Of a stretch of 64,000 nt of DNA, positions 1 through 12,799 are shown one piece after another; within the stretch, counting starts at the first letter, position 1; each line of letters opens with the position of its first letter. The notes under the pieces were generated by a model. That model did not search any database. It was not told the DNA's origin and worked only from the letters and a program-made list of their open reading frames with translations. The translations under genes and the position numbers were made by a program. This DNA is from Octopus sinensis (taxonomy: Eukaryota), in assembly GCF_006345805.1 (NCBI RefSeq), contig NC_042999.1, positions 55,924,001 through 55,988,000 of the forward strand, read 5' to 3'.

Positions 1-153
1 ATGTTTGAATCTCAAGAGGGATTTAATAAGTACCAGTGATATACTAGGGTAGATTAAACCAATTGTTCAAACACTGTTTTTGTGCTCATTTCAGAAATCC
101 AGATTTTTTTTTCTGAAGTGCATCTAACAATATGAAAAACATCTTTATTTCAG

Positions 154-180
154 CAACAACATTGTCATCACCAACAACAC
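154..180 (+). CDS. Candidate 27-nt phase-1 micro-exon (TTLSSPTT)
   Basis: ctttatttcag|...acaacac|gtgagt; phase-compatible with the exon at 8391; another donor gtaagt at 219. Confidence 0.5.
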
Positions 181-251
181 GTGAGTATAATCCCACATTG
201 CAGCCCTCGTCTCAACATGTAAGTTGTTACTTTCTTCATCACACTTTAACC

Positions 252-294
<43 letters not shown>

Positions 295-308
295 GTAATA
301 ATAATAAT
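252..308. repeat. (AAT)n microsatellite
   Basis: Direct observation. Confidence 0.95.
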
Positions 309-311
309 GAG

Positions 312-1125
312 TTCAAATTTTGGCACAAGGCCAGCAAGTTCGGTGGTGGGGTAGTTGATTATATCGACTCCAGCACTCAACTGTTACTTATCTTATTGAC
401 CCTGAAAGGATGAAAAGCAAAGTCAACCTCAGTGGGATTTGAACTTAGAACCTAAAGACAGATGAAAATGCCACTAAGCATTTCACCCAGCATGCTAACA
501 ATTCTGCCAGTTCACTGCCTTAATGATAATAATAATAATTACAATAATAATCATTTCTGCTAAAGGCACAAGGCCTGAAATTTTGGGGAGAGGACTATCT
601 GATTACATCGACCCCAATGGTTCACTGGTACTCAATTTATCAACCCTGAAAGGGATGAAAGGTAAAGTCGACCTTGGCAGCATTTGAACACAGAACATAA
701 AGATGGATGAAATGCCACAAAGTGTTTCAACCAGCATGCTAACATTTCTGCCAGTTCACTACCTTAATGATAATAATAATTACAATACTGATAATCTTTT
801 CTACTATACACACAAGGCTAACAATTTGAGGGGAGGGAGTAAGTTGATTTCATCAACCCCAGTACTCAACCAGTACTCTTTTTATTGACCCTGGAAGGAT
901 GAAAAGCAGAATTGACCTCGGTGGAATTTGAACTCAGAATGTGAAGATAGATGAAATGCCGCTAAGCATTTTGCCCAGTGTGTTAATGATTCTGCCATGT
1001 TGCAGCAACCCTGATAAATGAAAGACAAAGTCAATCTCAGAAGAATTTGAACTTTGAAAACATGAAGCTGAAAAAAATATCACTTAACATTTTGTCTGTG
1101 TCCTGACAATTCTGCCAGCTTGCTG
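312..1125 (-). mobile_element. Tandem array of about 4 tRNA-derived SINEs (Nin/Deu-like domain)
   Basis: Copies at about 312-520, 555-765, 797-1005 and 1008-1125 (partial), mostly separated by (AAT)n; minus strand reads ...gttcaaatcc...gactttgcctttcatcctttcggggtcgataaaataagtacc-like. Confidence 0.8.
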
Positions 1126-1794
1126 ACTTCTGTAATGATACTCTTTTACTCATTTCAGTCATTTGACTGTGGCCATGCTGGAGCACCACCTTTGGTCGAG
1201 CAAAAAGAGGCTGATAGAATAAGTACTAGGCTTACAAATATGGACTGGATGCTTTTTACGTGGCACCAGCACTGGCAGGGTCACCAAGTAACTTGCAAGA
1301 CAAGAAATCTTTGAGAGGGGATGGAGCATTGGAGGAAGTGACTTTGTGTCAGATGATGAAAGCTTAGAGTGTGACAGAGAGACAGAAACTGGTGTCTTAC
1401 TGTGGAGGAGGTACATGGATACCCAGAGAGAGAGAGGAAAAGGTAACAAGAAAAAGGATAGAAACGAGTGTGCTGGTGTAAAGGAAATACTTGGTTACCT
1501 AGCCAGAGGGAAAAGCAAGAGAAAGAGAGAGTGATCAAGACTGAGGACAGAAACAGGTGTGTTGTTGTAGAGGAGATACATGGATACATGGCCAGAGTGA
1601 AGATCAAGGGAAAGAGAGAGAGACAGACAGAATGAGTGTAAGAGAGAGCAGGAGAGAGATGGTGACAGAGAGCCAGGGTATACTCACAATGAACGGGGAT
1701 CAGAGTAGTACATCCAACTTGCTGTTACTTGAGATCTCTGGGTGAGACTTGGAGCAGCTGATAAAACAAAAGAACAATGAAAAGTAGTGGTAGT

Positions 1795-1990
1795 AGTCCC
1801 TTCTACTAAAGGTACAAGGAGCTGCTTGATTACATCGACCCAAGTATGCAACTGGTACTTATTTCATTGATCCCAAAAGGACGAAAGGCAATGTCAACCT
1901 TGGTGAAATTTGAACTCAGACCATAAAGACATATGAAATACCACTAAGCATTTTCTCCAGTGTGCTGATAATTTTGCCAGTTCACTGCCT
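1795..1990 (-). mobile_element. SINE, same family as 312-1125
   Basis: Sequence similarity to the copies at 312-1005. Confidence 0.75.
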
Positions 1991-1997
1991 TAATAAT

Positions 1998-2329
1998 TGA
2001 GACTGCCTTCAGTCATGACTGACCGTGGGATTGCACCTAGACAGTTACCCTCCCAGGCACAAGTCTGGGCAAGGTTGTTTATGGAAGACCAGCAGTCGCC
2101 CATGATTATCAGCCTCCCCTCTCCACGCCACCAGTGTTATCCAAGGGAGAAGTAACAGCAGATACAGCTTGGCACCTGTGATGTCGCAACTCGTTTCAAC
2201 AGCTGAGTGAACTGGAGCAACGTGAAATAAAGTGTCTTGCTCAAGAACACAACATGCAGCCCGGTCCGGGATTCAAACTCACAACCTTACGATCGTAAGC
2301 TCGATGCTCTAACCACTGAGCCATGCGCC
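1998..2329 (-). mobile_element. tRNA-derived SINE with 17-bp TSD
   Basis: Head ggcgcatggctcagtggttagagc...gtttgaatccc (A/B boxes); flanked by ttcactgccttaataat at 1981-1997 and 2330-2346. Confidence 0.8.
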
Positions 2330-4262
2330 TTCACTGCCTTAATAATAACAGTAACAATACTATATTTTATTGAATCTTGTTTTTTTTACTTCTTGATCAT
2401 ACACTAAATGAATTTGTTAGAATCCAGAGCCTTAAGGTACAATTTGAAAGCATTTTTAAACATCTCAGTAGCAAACAAAAATTTATTTTATTGGGCACAA
2501 GGGCACATACAAATAATATAACACATCTCACACAAAAGGGATTGCAAAATATACTGAAGTGCATTGATAGATGGACAAACAAACAGGTTGGCAGATCAGC
2601 AGGTAGGCAGGCAGAGAGACAGATATGGGATGAAGCAAAGATGTACCACAGTATATTCAGACCGTTTAAATTTAGTACACTAAATGAACTACCAAGAAAG
2701 GATCAGAATCCACTATTTAGTTAGGATTGAGGCAACTCACAATTCCAATCACCTTCTCTGAATACTGCAATCTAGAATTTCTGAATATGTCCACAAGAAT
2801 ATTTGATGTTTGCCAAGATGAGAACGCTTCCACATCTTTCTGGCAGCTGAACTTTTTCTGTTTATATAAAATTGTAGTTGTTTTTACCAATAGTCTATCA
2901 TAAGTGTTCTATAATTTGGGATAACATTTCTTCCTCAATCTATCATTTATCTTGTACTTGTTTCAGTCATTAGACTGTGGCCACGCTGTGCCACAGCCTT
3001 GAATTTGTACAGTATTCCTTTTGTTGTTACAGCATTCCTTCAGTTGTTAGCTGTTGAGACACTACATCCTTCAAAACATCCATGATTCCTGAAAGTCGCC
3101 AACAGTACACCTGGTGTCGCCACCCCCATTTCTTCAAACTTTTTCCCTGTTCAATTCCTGTGCATATTCTATGTGCATATTCTGTGCATATTCTATGTAC
3201 TGCTTATGCAGTTTTGGTTACTTTTTCCATTGAGTTGTAGTGCACCTGAGCACTGTATATAATAAGATCATTATATATTATATATTCCTTCAGGTCTTTT
3301 TGCAGACCCATCAGGCTATTGTTAACAGTTTGGAGAGTTGTGAATCTTAGAAAAGCCAAATGTTTGAATGACTCTAGCAGCCTTCTTTCCTTTAGTCTAG
3401 ACTTTTACACACTTTTTCTTTTTTGTCCTAGATGATTTCCAATGTTCTTCTAATCTTCATCTTTAGTTCATGTCCACAATATGATGTAATACTATTGCTC
3501 ATAACTCCTGATTGTTATCAGTAGCTCCTGGTGCCTGTGGTATTGAAGGGTTCTCAGCATCCAGGAACAAAGACAATTTTGATACTCCTACCTTAATTGA
3601 AAATCAAAAAGGAAATTTTAAAATTTTATAACCCTTCACAACTGCTCTGAGAACTGCCCTCCCACTACCTGGCGGCTAAACATCCTTATAACATCCGACA
3701 ATTCTTTGTAAATTGTTATTGAATCAAGGAGCACAATTAAAATAGTTCATTTTAAGTCAGTATTAGAAATGACAAACTTGAAATACTTTCCAACAAAATT
3801 CAAATATTCTAAATGACAGAAATATGTAAAAGAGAGAAGGCAAATACTGCTTCAACTTCTGTTTAAATTGAAACATGTTTTACTTTCCTATAAATCAGGT
3901 AATACCACTGAACATAAGAATTAAGCCTGAAGTTTCTCATTCCTTTCATTGCTTATAGATTATCTTGTTGTGTTAAGAAAAATACAAACATTTGTATTTA
4001 TTTTTAATAAATACAATAATATATTTCACTATCAACCATTTTATCACTTTTATCTCACTAGTTTAGTATCATTCGACTTCTCTTTATCAGCATGTTTTTC
4101 TTTTTACAATATTTACATCTGCTATTCTTCCTCCAAAATAAACAGAAAATCATGCAACAAATCTACATTTGAAAAAGCCTGCTTCTTATACTATTAGTTA
4201 TAGTACTCTAAATATCTTTATAAGGCTTGCATGAAAAGCATTCAATAAACATTAGCATAAAG

Positions 4263-4979
4263 CAGTGGTTCTTAACCTGAGCTGTCGTGCTCTAATTGGG
4301 GCATTGAGAGCACACAAGGGGGGCAGCATATGTCAAGTGGGTTACTGAATATTTCAGTAGAGTTGTGATTTTGCTTTAGAGACAAAATATTTAAACTAGT
4401 TACAATGCTGATATTTCAAACACATTTTCAAAAAACATCTATTATGATTAGAATATCAATTGAACATTGTATTTGTCAGAGAGCCAAAACATTGATTGGT
4501 GATGTGCCAAGGTCCGGTAAAATTTCATTAAATAAATCTCCACTTTCTTCAGTAATTTCCATAAACATTCAACATATGTCATTAGTCCATGGAAATATCT
4601 AAAATGAAATAATGCTAGATAGAATAATGTCAAGAAAAGTGCTGCACAAAATTAGCTTCTGTTTAACTAAAGTAATTGCTGGGTCCTTCCTTCTTCACTC
4701 CAAGCTTGAGAAGAAGACTTTTGTAAATGCCATTTGGTGAAAGTGGGTGCTGGGCAGAGGCATATATTCCAGGTGTTCTAGGTGTGCACTGCACACCCAT
4801 CGAAAATGGCAAATTCATTATAAATATTAACCTTACTCATTAATTTAATCACAAATCTTAATGGGAAACTTTTGTTATACCCCTATTTGCAATTTAGTGG
4901 CATTGGGGGTGGCAGCATACCCAATACAACAACCACCATATGCCACTGGTACTGGGAAACAAATGGGTGAGAACCACTG
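4263..4979. mobile_element. hAT (Charlie-like) non-autonomous element
   Basis: TIRs cagtggttcttaacc / ggtgagaaccactg; degenerate 8-bp flanks gcataaag / ttacaaag. Confidence 0.6.
4755..4948. mobile_element. hAT MITE nested in the 4263-4979 element
   Basis: TIRs cagaggcatat / atatgccactg; 8-bp TSD gtgctggg / gtactggg. Confidence 0.7.
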
Positions 4980-5269
4980 TTACAAAGCCACCAGAGTAGT
5001 GCACAGCAACAGTTCTCATACAGCTGGCAAAAAATGCACTATTAAACTTTTTTTTTACCTTTGTATTGCTTGTTAATGCTGAAAGTTTCTTGATTGAATA
5101 TTTAGATAATTAACTGAAACAGTGTTTCTGTTCCCTCTTTATCTTAAATCATTAAACAATTGACAATTGTGAATTAATACTACTGATATTCCATGATTGT
5201 GAATCATAAAGTAAATAACTGTTTTACTTTTTAACCATTGTCACTGGAACTGCTCTAAATCTTTCATCT

Positions 5270-5600
5270 TTTACTTGTTTCAGTCATTGGACTGTGACTG
5301 TGCTGGGACACTGCATTGACATGTTTAGTTGATCAAATCAGCCATATTACTCATGCAAAGTTTGGTACTTATTCTATAAGTCTCACTTTGCCAAACCACT
5401 AGGTTACAGTAACATAAACAAACCAACACCAGTTATCAAGTCAAGAGGGACTAAACATAAAGGCATGCAGATGACAAGCTTCTTTACAGTTTCTACCCAC
5501 AAAAATTTACTTTCAAGACATTGGCTGGCCTCAGACTATTGTAGAAGATACTTGTCCAGGGTGCTGCACAGTAGGACTGAACCTGAAACCATGTGGTCAT
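5270..5600 (-). mobile_element. SINE (family of 55157-55565)
   Basis: Reverse-complement similarity to the 55157-55565 copy. Confidence 0.6.
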
Positions 5601-6494
5601 ACAGGCTAACAGATACTAAATATAATAAATATTCTGAAATCACACCCGAACTTATGACAAAGAAAGAGGACACATTGAATAATAATGTCTTGGAAAGACT
5701 ATGCCCCAAAACAAAATAGGATAGTCATGGCTGGAACACCTTCAGTCATAGATTTGCTTGATCAGAGATGACCTGACATTAAACAATAACAACTAATTTT
5801 AAAGTCACATATCATCATCATCATCATCACTTAACATCCGTTGTCCATGCCGGCATGGACAGTTTGATGGGAACTGGTAAGCTGGAGGGCTGCACTAGGT
5901 TCTGGTCTGATTTGGCATGGTGTCTATGGCTGAATGCCCTTCCTAATACCAACCACTCTGAGAGTGTAACGGGTGCTTTTTATGTGCCACCAACACAAGA
6001 ATATTGTATATAGTGTATAAGTTGTATAAATTTGTATTAGAACTGTAATATTCTTAATCAGAAATAACAGAAGTTGATATGTTGATGATAGCGTTGTAGG
6101 GGACAAAAAGAAGTCAATACATTGAAGTTTCAACAGTGGTACATTCTAGCTATTATCTACAATTCCATTATTTTCATATTTCATACAATCAAGTTGTTTT
6201 ATTATCTGACTATGAATCAGTTATTGACAGTTCACAAATGGAAAATATAATTATATTATTTCTTATAATGATATAATAATATATTTGTTATTATTTATAC
6301 AAATCTGTTATTTGAGTGTAAAATTACTCCCACTGCAGTAGACGCAGTTCTGAGATACATTAGAGAGAGAGAAAGAGAGAGACTATGATGAAGTGACAAG
6401 GTTCCAATCCAATGGAACAGTAATAAATGAAGACATGTAGTGATTAGGATTGCCTACATATGCTTTATAACAGGGATGATTGTCTTACTAATAT

Positions 6495-6705
6495 CACTTT
6501 CAACTTTTAGCACAAGGCCAGCAAGTTTGGGGGTAAGTTGATTACATTGACCCCCAGTGCTCAACTGGTACTTATTTTATAACCCCCGAAAGGAATGAAA
6601 GGCAAAGTCAACTTCTGCGGCATTTGAACCCAGAACATACCGATGAATGAAATGCAGCTAATCATTTTGCCTGGCACACTAATGATTCTGCCAGCTCACT
6701 GCCTT
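6495..6705 (-). mobile_element. SINE, same family as 312-1125
   Basis: Sequence similarity to the copies at 312-1005. Confidence 0.75.
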
Positions 6706-6808
6706 TGAGTGTCTTACTAATAGCAAGTCAAGATTTTTAAGGGTAAGAGACGATCTGATACATATCTTAGTTGATAGGGTCTCTGCCAGATATCCAGCCA
6801 ATCACATA

Positions 6809-7663
6809 TGAGGCGGTATCTGATGGTTCCTGGACTAGTTATGTTTAATAAAAAATAACTTATTTACCTCAGTTTTAACATCATTCCCTTTGAAATAATC
6901 ACCTTGTGCAGCAATATACCGGTCCCAGTGTTTCTGCCACATTTAGAATCCAGCTTGAAAGTCATTTTCTGTAAGGGAGTCAAAGACCTTTTGCAATTTG
7001 TTCTGGATCTCAACAACGGTGTTAAAACTTTTGAGCTGCATTTTCATCTTGAGGAAAAGATGGAAGTCTGCAGGTGCTAAACCAGGCCATGTTGTTTTTG
7101 GCAAAAAACTCACAAGTGAGGAAAGCTTGGTGAAGAATCCAATTCTTCATGCACTGTAAATCTGATCCCTTTCACTGAATGTCCACCCTCGAACACTTCA
7201 AAACGTTGCAGTAGAACTCCATTGACAATCTGGTCCTGGGGGGACGAATTCTTGATGTGCAATACATTTCTGCAGTTGATGCTCATGGCAAGTCTTCCAG
7301 ATTGCTCATTGTCTTCCAGGTTCATTCTTCCACCTTTAAAGTGTCTGTGCTACTTGAAACATTGTGTACAATCCATTGTGTAAGCTTGCCAAAGCATGCT
7401 CAATGTCTCTGTTGAAGACTTCCCAATTTTAACACAAAATTTCACATTGGCTGCTTGTTCCTGTCCATGACAAAAATCGCAAACTACAGCATACATGTGA
7501 TCATAAAAACAAAATTTTCACAACTTGTGAAATAAACACAGTGCTGTCACTTGGCACACTGCCTCATGGAGGTCACTGCTAGCTCTCACTGGGCACACAA
7601 TCATGGGCTGCCAGCTGTTGGTACGCTACAGAGCTAGTCTAGGAATTTTTTGATACCACCTCA
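6809..7663 (-). mobile_element. Internally deleted mariner element
   Basis: TA-flanked TIRs tgaggcggtatc..ttcctggactag / ctagtctaggaa..gataccacctca; transposase remnants KFCVKIGKS and LAPADFHLF. Confidence 0.8.
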
Positions 7664-8390
7664 TAGACAGTATTTGTCACACAGTATTGTCTACCATTTA
7701 TACAGGTGACCACTGAGGTAGGCAAGCAACCATTGACATATTCAGGAATAGACATGTAGCCACTGAGACAAGTAACTACTAGTGTATAGGTGACACTGAA
7801 GTATATAATGGTTGATGATAATATTCCCAAAGTTTCCCTCCCAATCATTTGACAGAACATGTGCAAAACTTCAGTGATAGTTGATATTTTAAGATTGATA
7901 TTTTCCCTTTTGTTGATCAGACATGTCAATATGGTTGTTTAGCTATAAGATGGATTTTTGTTTTTGCATGCAGTTGGTTTCCTCACAAAAAGTTATCCCA
8001 CCTACATTTGTAAGTCAATGTAAATAATTGCTGTTATTTGGTTCACTATTTTGATTTTCACTAAATTTTTGTGCATTGTTTGAAATGAAAGAAAAAAAGC
8101 TGTCCAGTTGACGAGAATAAGAAAATGGTATGGTTCAAAAGCAAACCCTGTCCTTTCATTTAATATTAATCATTCATTTCACTCAAAATTAACAAATAAC
8201 AAATTCAATCAAAAGAAAATATACTTTAACAAATTTTTTTGGCAGGATTTTAACTATCTCTGACTGTATTATCATTTTCCAAATGAATCAAATAAATGCC
8301 ATCATATTAATTTTTGACAAATATATAACAAAGACACTTACTTAAAATGAAGGAAATATAACAAAAAATAAACAAAACATCTCTTTTCAG

Positions 8391-8432
8391 AAACCTCTTT
8401 GAAAGAACATAAAAGTACAGCCTCAAATACAC
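8391..8432 (+). CDS. Candidate 42-nt phase-1 exon of the plus-strand gene (TSLKEHKSTASNT)
   Basis: ctcttttcag|...aatacac|gtaagt; joins in frame with the exon at 9436. Confidence 0.6.
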
Positions 8433-8970
8433 GTAAGTAGATTCCAAATTGAATTCTTTTTCTTTTTTTTTTTAGTGCAGATGGTTAAGATACATCACTT
8501 TAAATAAGCTCAGTAATCCAAGCTGTAGAGAAGCTCTCACTTTGTAAAGTGTGTGTAAGCAATAAGAACAACAGTCTAACTATCAAACATTTCATTAATT
8601 TGTTGTATTTGGATCAAGAACTAATGTGGGTATGGCTTTGACAAGGATCACTTATGCACAGTTACACTACATAAAATGAAGTTTCCAATGGCCCATTAAC
8701 ATAGTAATTAGAGACAGAACTATATTAGAATTAACTAATTATTTTTACAAACTAGAGTTTGATCTTCAGTAGTTTTAAGTATGAATTTGTCTGAATTGAA
8801 ATGTTTACATAAATCTAATCAATATTTTCATCTGAAGACTGAACAACTACATCATTCAAAATAATATATTTGTGATTGTAAAGTTGAATAATTATATGTA
8901 CAATGACTTGGTCACATTATCAGTAGCCTTTCAAGAATACTGGATTTCAGATACTAAGAACAATAATTTT

Positions 8971-9283
8971 GTACATTATTTACATTTGACGGATATTTGT
9001 CCTCATCTTGTTTGTTGTTAACACAGCATTTAGGCTGATATACCCACCAGCCTTCATCAGGTGTCTTGGGGAAATTTCGAATCTGAGTTCTCATTCCTAA
9101 GGTATTTTTTGATGTTGTTGTTATTATTATTATTCAGGTCACTGCCTGGAATCTTAGGAATAAGAACCCAGGTTCAAAATTTCCTCATGACACCTGATGA
9201 AGGCTGGAGGGTATATCAGCTGAAACGTTGTGTTAACAACAAACAAGATGAGGGCAAATATCCGTCAATTGGAAATAATGTAC
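8971..9283. repeat. Foldback inverted repeat (131-bp arms), Penelope-like terminal repeat derivative
   Basis: 8971-9101 is the approximate reverse complement of 9153-9283. Confidence 0.85.
9189..9234 (+). ncRNA. Minimal type I hammerhead ribozyme motif (Penelope-type)
   Basis: gacac CTGATGA a ggctg..cagct GAAAC GTT gtgtt: conserved core, stem I, stem II, palindromic AACGTT in place of stem III. Confidence 0.6.
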
Positions 9284-9435
9284 ATAATTCCTCATCTCTT
9301 AAATATAGAACTGAATAATTTTGTACTTTAGTAGAATAATAATTGCAGCATCATTTCTTGTACTTAAAAATCTACTTGTTCCCAGTTTCAAAACCAATTC
9401 ATTCTTATATTTTTGTTTCACTTTCTTCATTACAG

Positions 9436-10298
9436 AGAACAGCAGTAAATCAATGTTTGTGGTCTTTGACGATCTAAATAAGTCTGAAACTGATTCTAAC
9501 ACTGGCACTTCAAGAACCAATGAGTGTTTGGGTCCCAAACCACCAGTGTTTGTTGTACCCACCCAAATAATTGAAGATGGTAGCCCAAAACACTCATGTA
9601 GTAACAGTAGTTCCCAGCCTGGGGATCATTCTCAACAAAAGCTTAATTTTAAACCATCTCTCCACGCACCAATTCCAAATACTACTGAAGATGTGACTGC
9701 AGATCCATTTAATTCTTTACCTGAATCCACTAGAAGGAAACAAACGCCACTTTCCCCAGTTCAAAATATTTCTCCTTTGGATATCTCCGGAAGTAAACCC
9801 CCTTCAGATGTTCCTAAGCAGCAGACTTTAGGAAAACCATCTTCAAAAACATCTTCTGTTGATCCATCTTCCATTGACCAACATAGGAAGCAAAGTACAT
9901 CATCTACAATGGCAACTGAACTAGAATGCAAAGATGGGAACTTAGACAAAGCAGAAAATCTGCAAAATGAAATTCCTCCAGCAATTAAAACCAGTCGAAG
10001 AAGTCCAACTGACAAAGATGAAATAACTGAACCAAAATCACCCTATCAAATAAACTCTGCTTATGTGGAATCTCAAAATAGACCAGCTGCAATTATTTTA
10101 CCACCTATTAATGTAAATTCCAGCAAAAAAAGTGGCCAAACAACCAACTACATTGCCTTGAAATCTCCTCGACAAAGAAGCCCTGTGGGTTCAGAAAATA
10201 TATTTTCTGGTGTTGATAATAATGAACGCAGAAAAAGTTTCATAGAAGATAAAATGTTTGATTCGCCAACTCAGAAAGACCCTGGAGCTCCGAGATAA
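9436..10298 (+). CDS. Terminal coding exon of an unrecognised gene; S/P/K-rich disordered C-terminus
   Basis: Polypyrimidine tract + tacag acceptor at 9435, open to TAA at 10298; downstream AATAAA at 10942 and 12404. Confidence 0.75.
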
Positions 10299-12799
10299 TG
10301 TATTACATCAGAAAATATCATTGAAATATTCAGATATCATCTTTACTAAAAATAACTTTTTTTAAGAATTTTTAGTTTAGGAAAATAACACATCAGATAA
10401 TTAATAAGTGACAATTTTGTAAATAAGATATATTTTTCTCTTAAGAAATGATGTACCTTTATTGTTCTTCCAGATATGTTAATTCAAAAAGGTACTTGAA
10501 AAAGGGTTTAATCTTTACTATGCCACCTACAGTACACATGGTACGATCAAAGTATTTCTGTTTTTATAAATATCAATATTGCATCTAGAGATAAATAGGT
10601 GCTTTGTCAGTAAAAAATGTACAAGAATATAAAGAATACTTAAATGAATTTCATACTGCAAGCAGTGGTTATTTTGTGTCTCATAAAATGAAGTAGTAGA
10701 AATGTCAGATAAAATTTTTTATAGGATATAGTTATATCTCTGTTTCTGAGATCAAATTCCAACAGGATTAACACACCACCACTGTTAATTAAATAAGTGC
10801 TAGTGTAGTCATAACACTAGGTTAATTAAAAATCAACAATACCCCACTAGTTTCCAAAACTACTTGTGACCTTGTGCTAAAAATTAAGTTAATTACAATA
10901 AGATGTGGTCTTGGATCTATGTAAGAAATTATTTTGGCAACAATAAAAGACCTATTTTATACATACAAATAAGTCTATAATCAACCAAATTAATTATTCT
11001 AACAAATCAACATGTTAAGGAGTAAAATAATTGCGCAATATTTAAATGATTGGTTATTCCAAGATTTGATTGCTGTTTTGGTTAACAGCACATAAGATTT
11101 GAACTTAGCATTGGAAACAGAAGATTCTTTCATCAATAGTGCTTCTATTTCTTACAATATCACACTGTAACCCCTGACAATATCCATTTACAGCTATTGA
11201 AGTTTGTTTCTATCAAGAACATAGCACATTGCCAGTGCTGAGAAATGAACTGTTGACCTCCCTATCACCAGGCCAGAACCTTAAACACTTGGTCAGCTCC
11301 TTCAATCATAAAATAACTATAGGAATACTATTTTCTCCAATTCAACACAATTCTCCTTTGGATATCTCTGGAAGTTTCCTCCAGATATTCCTAGTAAACA
11401 GATATTAGAAAAAACACCTTTTAATCTTAATACTAATAGACAATTGTAGATTTAATTAAATGTGCGGCTTCATAAAATAATTGTATCAAAGCATTTTTTT
11501 CTCTGATCCTAAACATTTTTTTGTTTTCTCTTTGTTAAGAAAAAGCACATTCCCACCTTCTCGCTTTTCATTTAATATTTTCTTTTATAATGTTAAAAAA
11601 GTATTTGTATGTTGTCTTAATTCCTATGATTTATTCTCAACTCTATCGTTCAGAATCTTATGTCCTAACATGAAAGTTTGTATTATTCCTATATTTTGTA
11701 TATATTTACTATTGCCAAAGTGGTTACAGATATTTTGATAATTGAAAGGTTATTTGGAAAATGAATCGTTTTTATATTTAGTCACATCTTTTTCTGGTAT
11801 GTAAAAAATTCTCATGTTATTTAGATTTGTTTATGATGGGTGAGTTATCATGTATTGTGTAACTCCGGAAGATCAGTTTAGTTTTATTTAGTTTGGTGCC
11901 TAATCTTTCAGAGTGTCAGTCTCCTCCTCCCCAGGGTCACCTTTGCTATTCACTTTTCTGGGGATGATAAAATACAGTAAAATACTGATAATGATTCCAT
12001 AACAATATTGATATTGTACCTAATTAAAAGGGATCAGTATTTAGAAGTATAACTTGACATGTTTAATAAGTCTTAATTGAATATTTTCTCATTATTATCA
12101 TGCCATTTACACCTACCAAGAAATTATACTTTGTCATTAATATGATGTGCATTTTAGAATCATTTATTAAATATTCATCAGTACAGTTTCTTATAAGATA
12201 TACCAAATCCCTTTGAAAAGCCATGTTATTAATCAATTTATCTCTTGCATAGAATATGCTTCTAGTTATCAGGATTTCATTGAGTTACCTATATAAAATT
12301 CATAATAAATTTTTAAGAAACTTTTTATCTACGTTGTGATAGAATCAGAAAAGATTAAATTTTCAGATGTGTGAATTCTGTGATCATAAACAAATTTCAC
12401 TTTAATAAATTTGTTTACCTTTTCTTTTGAAACTGTTTACGTTGAATAAATGTTATTCTTACCCATATTTCTTTGCACTTATTTTTCCTCGCATATGTAC
12501 TTTATATAAACTAAATTCTTTCTCAAAAGAAATATGAGTTTTCAAGCAACTTTATGCCAGTGACAGATCCAGTAAAAATTAACAAAATAAGAATTGATAT
12601 TTCTAAGTAAAGATTGGTTTAAGGTAATATAGATTAGAATTAATATAAAATTATGCTAGAATACCAAATTGTTTAATACTCTTTAAGTAGGAAATATTAA
12701 AAATTAGATATATAGAAAAGGCCTGCAGGAAAGTCCAAGCCAACAATGCATTGAACATCTGCTTTTATCCTCTAGAGCTGACAAAAACTATTTAGCGTA

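Noticed and set aside
2255-2329. tRNA-like sequence on the minus strand
   Set aside because: It is the head of a TSD-flanked SINE, not a free tRNA gene
9321-9435. Hydrophobic N-terminus of the 325-aa ORF resembling a signal peptide
   Set aside because: It is the translated polypyrimidine tract upstream of the acceptor at 9435, and the ORF start is a non-ATG codon
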